A stretch of 64,000 nt of DNA from Verrucomicrobiota bacterium (GTDB lineage Bacteria; Verrucomicrobiota; Verrucomicrobiia; Opitutales; Coraliomargaritaceae). Every line of letters begins with the position of its first letter. Within the stretch, counting starts at the first letter, position 1. Below are positions 55,524-64,000 of the stretch, one piece after another. The translations under genes were made by a program, and so were the position numbers. Below the pieces are notes generated by a model, which was not told where the DNA came from, ran no database searches, and saw nothing but the letters and a program-made list of their open reading frames with translations. Location: positions 1 through 64,000 of the forward strand of contig JBCBZJ010000008.1 in assembly GCA_039815375.1 (NCBI GenBank), in the 5' to 3' direction.

Positions 55524-56369
55524 GTGAACAAGCTTCTGCCAACAGCCTTCTTATCGATTTTAAGCACCTCTGCACTGCAAGCAGCCGATGGTGGTGTCAG
55601 TCCGTCTCCCTATAAGTTGACCGAGCTCTTCGGGTTGCCTCTAACCAACTCGATTGTAACGACTTGGGTGATTTCTCTTTTTCTTATTGTCGGCGTGCGT
55701 CTTTGGATCGGTAAGCCGCAATTGATTCCAAACAAGGGGCAGGCGGTGATCGAAAGCCTGATTGATGGCCTGCGTGGCCTGCTTGAGCCGATTGTTGGTA
55801 AGAAAGCATTCCCACTCACTTTCCCGCTCCTGATCGGATTGTTCCTATATATAATGGTGCATAACTGGAGCGGACTTTTCCCAGGTGTTGGCGTTTTCGG
55901 ATTCTACGACGACTACGGTAATTTGAAATACTGGATGCGTCCGGCTAATGCCGACCTGAACTCCACTCTTGGCATGGCGCTTATCGCGATGGGAGCTTGG
56001 CTCTTCATTAGTCTCAAAGTTGCCGGGCCAAAGTTCTTCATCTGGGAGCTCTTTGGCAACAAGGCAGACAAGAAGGAAACGCCGAAGCCCATCTACCTGA
56101 TGCTGATTCCCATCTTCCTGGGCGTTGGATTGATCGAAGTCGTTTCTATCGCTTTCCGACCGGTGTCCCTCTCTTTCCGCCTCTACGGTAACGTCTTCGG
56201 CGGAGAAAATCTACTCGCCAGTATGACTGGTATCGCGCCTTACGTCATCCCAGCGATCTTCTACTTCTATGAAGTGCTCGTTGGCGTGGTTCAGGCACTT
56301 ATTTTTACACTACTCGTGGCCATCTATGTTGGCCTCATGACCAACCACGACGAAGACCACGCCCACTAG
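55524..56369 (+). CDS. atpB: ATP synthase F0 subunit a
   Basis: [36 protein letters not shown] start inferred. Confidence 0.95.
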   Translation: MNKLLPTAFLSILSTSALQAADGGVSPSPYKLTELFGLPLTNSIVTTWVISLFLIVGVRLWIGKPQLIPNKGQAVIESLIDGLRGLLEPIVGKKAFPLTFPLLIGLFLYIMVHNWSGLFPGVGVFGFYDDYGNLKYWMRPANADLNSTLGMALIAMGAWLFISLKVAGPKFFIWELFGNKADKKETPKPIYLMLIPIFLGVGLIEVVSIAFRPVSLSFRLYGNVFGGENLLASMTGIAPYVIPAIFYFYEVLVGVVQALIFTLLVAIYVGLMTNHDEDHAH

Positions 56370-56452
56370 ACTTTCCGTGTCCGGGACCATGTAGCAAACC
56401 GTGGACGGCGCAGAAACTAACTAAATACAAAAAAACTCAATACATATATATC

Positions 56453-56665
56453 ATGTTCGGAATCCTTGCACAAATCACTGGCGAACTAAATCTTCACGTA
56501 GCCGCAGCTGCTCTCGCCGTTCCTGTTGGCATCGGTCTTATCGGTTTCAAGGCTTGTGAATCTGTTGGTCGCAATCCAGAAGCATCGACTAAGGTCCTTG
56601 TCCAATCCATCATCGCGATGGCTTTCGCCGAAGCGATTATCTTCTTTGCCATTTTCCTTGGCTAA
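56453..56665 (+). CDS. atpE: ATP synthase F0 subunit c
   Basis: GRNPEA loop, AFAEA with the catalytic Glu. Confidence 0.95.
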   Translation: MFGILAQITGELNLHVAAAALAVPVGIGLIGFKACESVGRNPEASTKVLVQSIIAMAFAEAIIFFAIFLG

Positions 56666-56680
56666 GAAGTCTTAGAATTT

Positions 56681-56711
56681 GCCGACGCCTGGAATAGGGC
56701 GTCGGCCTTTT
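56681..56711 (+). terminator. Intra-operon hairpin with U-tract between atpE and atpF
   Basis: GCCGACGCC...GGCGTCGGC-CTTTT. Confidence 0.5.
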
Positions 56712-56735
56712 CGAATTCCAAACATTCTTTTCTTC

Positions 56736-57347
56736 ATGAAGGCCTTCAACACCGCACTCATCTTTGCTATCCTTCTACCGCTCGGCCTTTTTGCCGCAGC
56801 TCCAGAGGTGTCTGAAGCTGCAGCCGACGTCGGCAAGCTTGAGGCAATCACCGGCAAGTTCGGTGTGACATGGCCCACTCTGATCGCACAAATGATCAAC
56901 TTCGGTCTTGTTGCGGTTGTTCTTTATTTCTTCGCCGTCAAGCCCGTCGCCAAGACACTTGACGAGCGCCAGCAAAAGATCGCCGATGGTCTGCAGTATG
57001 CTGAAGAAATGAAGACCCAGCTGGCTGAAGCCGAGCGCGAGCGTGCCGAAAAGATCAAGGAAGCTGCGCAGGAAGCGCAGCGTATCCTGAGTGAGGCCCG
57101 CGAGCAGTCTAAGGAAATGATCGAGCAGAAGACTCAGGAAGCCGCGGCCCAAGCCGAGGCGATCATCCGTAAGGCCAGCGAAGCGACCGAGCTTGAGCGC
57201 CAGAAGATGCTTTCCGATGTTCGCCAGGAAGTGGCCCGCCTGGTTGTGGCGACGACTTCGACGGTTCTTTCCAAGGAACTTTCCGATGCGGACAAACAAA
57301 GCTTCTCCGACGCAGCGGCCAAAGAGCTGGCTGGTTCTGCAAACTAA
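56736..57347 (+). CDS. atpF: ATP synthase F0 subunit b
   Basis: Q.INF, KP....LDERQ.KI, coiled coil. Confidence 0.93.
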   Translation: MKAFNTALIFAILLPLGLFAAAPEVSEAAADVGKLEAITGKFGVTWPTLIAQMINFGLVAVVLYFFAVKPVAKTLDERQQKIADGLQYAEEMKTQLAEAERERAEKIKEAAQEAQRILSEAREQSKEMIEQKTQEAAAQAEAIIRKASEATELERQKMLSDVRQEVARLVVATTSTVLSKELSDADKQSFSDAAAKELAGSAN

Positions 57348-57368
57348 TTTCCTGCCGATTCGAAACTC

Positions 57369-57764
57369 ATGACCCGCGACAAGAAAGTCCTTAGCTTTGC
57401 CAAGAAGCTGGTTGAGATGTCCCGCGATGACGGGGTCGTGACTGAAACCAAGGTTTCCGAAGTGCTTGCAGCGATAAAGCAAGTGAAGCCGCGTCGTGAG
57501 TTACTTGTGCTCAAGACCTACCTTCACTATATCCGCAAGGCCGTCGCAGAGCAGACTGCAGTTGTCGCTACCCCAAGTGCTCTTAGCACTGACGCACTCG
57601 CTTCAATCGAGTCCAATTTCTCTTCTGTCTATGGCCGCCCGATCACTGCGGTCACCACGACCGACAACTCTCTTATCGCCGGCGTTCGCGTTCGTGTTGG
57701 CGATGATGTTTACGATGCATCCGTCGCAGGCCGCCTCAAACGCCTCGCCGAGAACGTTCACTGA
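57369..57764 (+). CDS. atpH: ATP synthase F1 subunit delta (short form)
   Basis: D.SLIAGVRVRVGDDVYDASV..RL; operon position. Confidence 0.9.
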   Translation: MTRDKKVLSFAKKLVEMSRDDGVVTETKVSEVLAAIKQVKPRRELLVLKTYLHYIRKAVAEQTAVVATPSALSTDALASIESNFSSVYGRPITAVTTTDNSLIAGVRVRVGDDVYDASVAGRLKRLAENVH

Positions 57765-57797
57765 TCAATTTCAATTTACTTAGTCTATTCTTAAGCA

Positions 57798-59342
57798 ATG
57801 AGCACCATAGTCGAACAGATCGAAAAGGAAATCGCCTCCTTTGAAGCAGGCGCCGTCAAGTCCAACACCGGCAAGATTGTCACCATCGCGGATGGTGTCG
57901 CTAAACTCGAAGGCCTCTCCGGCGTCATGTATAATGAAATGATCGATTTCGGCAGCGGCGTCTACGGTCTTGCGCTCAACCTCGAAGAAGACGAGGTCGG
58001 CTGCGTTATTCTTGGGGACTACTCCAAGCTCAAGGAAGGCGACGAAGCCAGCACCACCGGCAAACTTCTCTCCGTTCCTGTAGGTATGGGTCTGCTCGGC
58101 CGCGTGGTTGATGCCATCGGCCAGCCTGTTGATGGCAAGGGTCCAATCGATTCCAGCGAAACTTATCCGGTCGACCAAATCGCCCCCGGCATCATCCCGC
58201 GTAAGTCTGTCGATCAGCCGCTTCAAACCGGTATCATGGCGATTGATTCAATGATTCCAATCGGCCGTGGCCAGCGTGAGCTTATCATCGGTGACCGTGC
58301 GACGGGTAAGACTACCATCGCGATCGACACCATCATCAACCAGGCCAACATCAATAACCAGCACCGCAACGAAGACGGTAGTTTCGAAGAAGGCTTCCGT
58401 CCGGTTTACTCCATCTACGTCGCGGTTGGACAAAAGAATTCCAATATCGCGCGCACCATCAACGTGCTCGAGAAGGCTGGTGCAATGGAATACACCATCA
58501 TTGTCACTGCTCCGGCTGCGGACAACCCGGCCAACCAATACATTGCCCCATTCTCCGGTGCATCCATGGGTGAGTTCTTCATGAACAACGGCATGGACGC
58601 GCTTATCGTCTATGATGATCTTTCCAAGCAAGCGGTTGCTTATCGTCAAATCTCGCTTGTCCTGAAGCGCCCATCCGGTCGTGAGGCGTATCCGGGTGAC
58701 GTTTTCTACCTGCACAGTCGCCTTCTTGAGCGTTCTGCTCGTGTCAATGAAGACAACGGTAACGGTTCGCTGACAGCGCTTCCGATCATCGAGACTCAAG
58801 CCGGCGACGTGTCCGCTTACATTCCGACCAACGTGATTTCCATTACCGACGGTCAGGTCTTCCTCGAAACCGACCTTTTCAACCAAGGTATTCGCCCCGC
58901 GGTTTCCGTTGGGCTTTCCGTTTCCCGTGTGGGGTCTGCTGCGCAGATCAAGGCGATTAAGAAAGTTGCCGGTAAGGTGAAGCTTCAGCTTGCTCAATAT
59001 CGTGAGCTTGCCGCTTTCGCACAGTTCGGTTCCGACCTCGACGCCAAGACCAAGTCCCAACTCGATCGTGGTGCCCGCGTCGTTGAGCTCTTTAAGCAGA
59101 CTGCTTTTAATCCGATCCCTGTTGAAGTTCAATCCTCTCTCATCTGGGCGGTTCAGAACGGTTACTTCGACTCCGTTGACGTGAAGCAAATTGTTGAAGC
59201 AACCACCAGCCTTCGTGAGTTCTTCGAAACCCGTGGCGCGAAAATCATGGATACGGTCCGTGCAGAAAAGGCATTCAGCGAAGAAACTGAATCAAGCCTG
59301 AAGAGCTCCGTCGAAGAGTGGCAGGCCGGCTTCAGTGCCTAA
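57798..59342 (+). CDS. atpA: ATP synthase F1 subunit alpha
   Basis: [36 protein letters not shown]. Confidence 0.98.
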   Translation: MSTIVEQIEKEIASFEAGAVKSNTGKIVTIADGVAKLEGLSGVMYNEMIDFGSGVYGLALNLEEDEVGCVILGDYSKLKEGDEASTTGKLLSVPVGMGLLGRVVDAIGQPVDGKGPIDSSETYPVDQIAPGIIPRKSVDQPLQTGIMAIDSMIPIGRGQRELIIGDRATGKTTIAIDTIINQANINNQHRNEDGSFEEGFRPVYSIYVAVGQKNSNIARTINVLEKAGAMEYTIIVTAPAADNPANQYIAPFSGASMGEFFMNNGMDALIVYDDLSKQAVAYRQISLVLKRPSGREAYPGDVFYLHSRLLERSARVNEDNGNGSLTALPIIETQAGDVSAYIPTNVISITDGQVFLETDLFNQGIRPAVSVGLSVSRVGSAAQIKAIKKVAGKVKLQLAQYRELAAFAQFGSDLDAKTKSQLDRGARVVELFKQTAFNPIPVEVQSSLIWAVQNGYFDSVDVKQIVEATTSLREFFETRGAKIMDTVRAEKAFSEETESSLKSSVEEWQAGFSA

Positions 59343-59392
59343 GCACCAGAGTAGTTTCCAACTTCCAACTTCTTTTTTCTAACTTCTAGCAA

Positions 59393-60292
<900 letters not shown>

Positions 60293-60307
60293 GCCCCCTT
60301 TATCTAA

Positions 60308-61756
<1,449 letters not shown>

Positions 61757-61792
61757 ACCTTCCGACCTTCATACCCTTAACCTTCCCACCTG

Positions 61793-62206
61793 ATGTCGCT
61801 CACACTCGAAATCATTACACCTGACGAAAAGGTCTTCTCTGCGGAGGCCGATCAGGTCGTATTGCCCACTGAGTCCGGCGAAACCGGTATCCTTACCGGC
61901 CACGTTCCTTTGGTCACCAAGGTCAAAGCCGGTGAGCTCAAGGTCATCAAGGGTTCCGACACCGAATTCATCGCAGTCGACCACGGCTTCGCCAAGGTGC
62001 TCGGCAACACCGTTTCCGTGCTTACCGAAGCAGCTATTGATGTGAAGGATATCGACCTATCCGAACTCGACTCCGCACAGTCCCGTGCCGAATCCGCGCT
62101 CAAGGAAGCCGAAGCCGAAGGTATCGACCCCTTCGAACTCGAGCGCCTCGAAAAGAACGTCCAGTTCCTTCTCGCGCAAAAGATGGCCAAGGGCCGTCGT
62201 CGGTAA
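61793..62206 (+). CDS. atpC: ATP synthase F1 subunit epsilon
   Basis: LEIITPD, GE.GIL.GH.P, GFA. Confidence 0.96.
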   Translation: MSLTLEIITPDEKVFSAEADQVVLPTESGETGILTGHVPLVTKVKAGELKVIKGSDTEFIAVDHGFAKVLGNTVSVLTEAAIDVKDIDLSELDSAQSRAESALKEAEAEGIDPFELERLEKNVQFLLAQKMAKGRRR

Positions 62207-62260
62207 AACAGGCAGCAACTATTTTCAAAACGCGGTTTCGAAAGACACCGCGTTTTTTTG
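62149..62260 (+). repeat. Direct repeat copy A: atpC 3' end plus terminator
   Basis: Matches 63012-63067 and 63127-63173. Confidence 0.9.
62227..62259 (+). terminator. Intrinsic (likely bidirectional) terminator of the atp operon
   Basis: AAAACGCGGT-TTCGAAAGAC-ACCGCGTTTTTTT. Confidence 0.85.
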
Positions 62261-62263
62261 TGG

Positions 62264-62340
62264 GGTAGGGACGCCTGCCCTCAGGCGTCCGGTTTCGTCA
62301 AACAAGAATCGGCGGACGTGTGAGGGCACACGTCCCTACC
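62264..62340. repeat. REP doublet (GTAG family)
   Basis: GGTAG-GGACGCCTG-CCCT-CAGGCGTCC ... inverted GGTAG-GGACGTGTG-CCCT-CACACGTCC. Confidence 0.8.
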
Positions 62341-62749
62341 TTTCTATCAGCTTCAGGGCCTCCCGCGCATTCACGATTCGAACGCCCCCAACTTCTTTCA
62401 ATTTCAGCAAGTCGTTCTTATCACCCGTCACCAGCAAGTCTGCACCACCTTCGACCGCAGTTGCCAGTATCCAGTTATCATCCGGATCGGATGATTCGGT
62501 CCTCGGCTTAGCGATACCTATAATCTCCGCCATCGCATCGATATTCTCAAGCAGCAGACTCGCTTCCATCGGCTTGATGTAAGGCTTGAGCTTTTCATAG
62601 CCCAACACGCGCCGCAACTCATCGATCTGCCAGCTTGAAGTGACCAATTCAAACTGTCCGGCCTCCCATGCGAGGTAGAGCTGGTCGGGTGGAGTGTCTT
62701 TGGTCAGCAAGGCACTGACCAAGACATTCGTATCAAGCACCAGCTTCAC
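62336..62749 (-). CDS. PIN-domain toxin (putative TA toxin)
   Basis: VLDTNVLVSALL, EL.RVL...K, DPDD..IL..A..G.AD.LVTGDK.DLL. Confidence 0.92.
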   Translation of the reverse strand: MKLVLDTNVLVSALLTKDTPPDQLYLAWEAGQFELVTSSWQIDELRRVLGYEKLKPYIKPMEASLLLENIDAMAEIIGIAKPRTESSDPDDNWILATAVEGGADLLVTGDKNDLLKLKEVGGVRIVNAREALKLIER

Positions 62750-62969
62750 GCGACCATTCGATGGCTTCGCTAATGGCAGCTTCGATCAACTCGGGTGGAG
62801 TGTCTGCATTCCGCTCCTTCACAGTGTCCACCGTTTCCCGGAAAAGCGCCTGCCGCACCGCCTGATCGACGAACTTGGACAAATCGCCCTTCTTCGCCCC
62901 CCGCATCGCGAGATGCGTGCGCACCATCCGGTTCGTCTTTTCAGGAATGACTAAAGTCCATCGGCTCAT
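62733..62969 (-). CDS. Ribbon-helix-helix antitoxin
   Basis: RWTLVI...T...VR.HLA..G.KKGDLSKFV..AV; overlaps the toxin start. Confidence 0.85.
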   Translation of the reverse strand: MSRWTLVIPEKTNRMVRTHLAMRGAKKGDLSKFVDQAVRQALFRETVDTVKERNADTPPELIEAAISEAIEWSREAGA

Positions 62970-63064
62970 ATACGCATAATCATATAAGCATACAAAAGAA
63001 GTCAAGCCTCCCGAAAAGAACGTCCAGTTCCTCCTCGCGCAAAAGCTCGCCAAGGGCCGTCGCA

Positions 63065-63123
63065 GGTCGGGCTCGTTATCCTTAACGAGCCCGAGCGGAT
63101 TGATAAGGATATCAATCCCTACC
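63065..63123. repeat. REP doublet (variant stems)
   Basis: GGTCG-GGCTCGTTA-TCCT-TAACGAGCC and inverted GGTAG-GGATTGATA-TCCT-TATCAATCC. Confidence 0.72.
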
Positions 63124-63138
63124 AGATAAACTCATTTT

Positions 63139-63172
63139 CAAAAACGCGGTTTCGAAGGACACCGCGTTTTTT
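63139..63172. terminator. Second copy of the atp terminator, directly after the stop of the convergent methyltransferase
   Basis: AAAAACGCGGT-TTCGAAGGAC-ACCGCGTTTTTT. Confidence 0.8.
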
Positions 63173-63174
63173 GT

Positions 63175-63984
63175 TTAAGCGATGCAAGCGATTGATCGGA
63201 CCAACAGTTCAGTAGTTTTTCCGCGTCTGGCGGAATCTGAAGCTAAGACAGTTGCTCTAGAGAGTGAATCTTTTATCCAACAGGTATTACCGTATAAATT
63301 TCTTACGGCTGCGTGATCTGCGTTAGATATAACTATTTTTGCCCCAGATTCAGCAAGTTGAGTTAACATGTTTGCTAAGCGTTCTTGATCTTCCCAAGAG
63401 AAAATCCGCTCGTTGTATTTTACGAAAGCGTTGTTATTATGCTTAACTGTGTATGGGGGGTCGACATAGATCACGTCACCTTCTTTGTAATGGGATAGTG
63501 TGACCTCAAAGTCATCGTTGATGAAAGTCACTCCTTTTAATGCTGACGAAATTGCTGAAAAGTCATCATCCGGTAGCAGAACAGTATTTTTAGTTCCTTT
63601 GGGCACATTGAATTCTCCTCGGAGGTTTACTCGGTATAACCCATTAAAGCATGTTCGATTTAAATAAATCATTCGGGCCGCTTGTGAGTAAATGCCTCTT
63701 GGAGCATTAGATCTTACCTGATAATAATAGCTATCTGAGTGTTTCTCGGCATGCGCCTTAAGATGCTTTCTTACCAAAGTTGGATTATTCTTTAGCGCTA
63801 AGTAAGTGTTGATAAGCTCCTGGTTATAATCACCTAGAATACCTTTAGAGGGAAGCACGGTGAAAAAAACAGCCCCACTGCCAACAAAAGGCTCAATGAA
63901 CCGGCCACTAAACTCGGGAATGAGTTCGCGATGGTTCGACATTAACCAGCGCTTTCCCCCTGCCCATTTGAGAAATGGCTTCAC
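63175..63984 (-). CDS. Dam-family (D12 class) N6-adenine DNA methyltransferase
   Basis: KPFLKWAGGK, EPFVGSGAV, YLNRTCFNGLYRVN..G.FNVP, DPPY; visibly AT-richer than the flanking genes. Confidence 0.93.
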   Translation of the reverse strand: MKPFLKWAGGKRWLMSNHRELIPEFSGRFIEPFVGSGAVFFTVLPSKGILGDYNQELINTYLALKNNPTLVRKHLKAHAEKHSDSYYYQVRSNAPRGIYSQAARMIYLNRTCFNGLYRVNLRGEFNVPKGTKNTVLLPDDDFSAISSALKGVTFINDDFEVTLSHYKEGDVIYVDPPYTVKHNNNAFVKYNERIFSWEDQERLANMLTQLAESGAKIVISNADHAAVRNLYGNTCWIKDSLSRATVLASDSARRGKTTELLVRSIACIA

Positions 63985-64000
63985 ACTATAGCTCCTTCAG

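Larger units (their letters stand above)
63012..63173 (+). repeat. Direct repeat copy B: displaced atpC 3' end plus terminator, interrupted by a REP doublet
   Basis: CGAAAAGAACGTCCAGTTCCTCCTCGCGCAAAAGCTCGCCAAGGGCCGTCGCAGGT ... ATTTTCAAAAACGCGGTTTCGAAGGACACCGCGTTTTTTG. Confidence 0.9.

Noticed and set aside
62970..63053. N-terminal extension of the RHH antitoxin ORF
   Set aside because: Runs into the antisense of the duplicated atpC tail; the RHH begins at ATG 62969

Overview
A gene-dense chromosomal window, inferred from gene content to come from a Verrucomicrobiota bacterium (Opitutales/Coraliomargarita-like). Housekeeping genes dominate: miaB, ispH, pssA, dnaN, gnd, accD-folC, carA, nadC-birA-coaX, prc, prfA/prmC, rapA, mnmE-mnmG, a phoBR-like pair, trmB and the atpBEFHAGDC operon. 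Several signals suggest it is origin-proximal. A cluster of DnaA-box-like 9-mers lies upstream of a dnaN that has no dnaA neighbour, and two perfect parS palindromes (TGTTCCACGTGGAACA) sit in frame inside an insertion in mnmG. The most notable non-coding structures are: (1) a diverged 235-290 bp MITE-like family (3 copies), each starting at the TAA of a gene, with a long hairpin whose core resembles ERIC; (2) GTAG-type REP doublets with compensatory stem changes; (3) a duplicated atpC 3' end plus terminator that brackets a PIN/RHH toxin-antitoxin pair and is followed by a Dam-family methyltransferase, which looks like a serial insertion site. No rRNA, tRNA, CRISPR array or intact transposase/integrase was recognised. 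All calls are by-eye motif recognition with no database searches, and many starts were trimmed from the ORF track.
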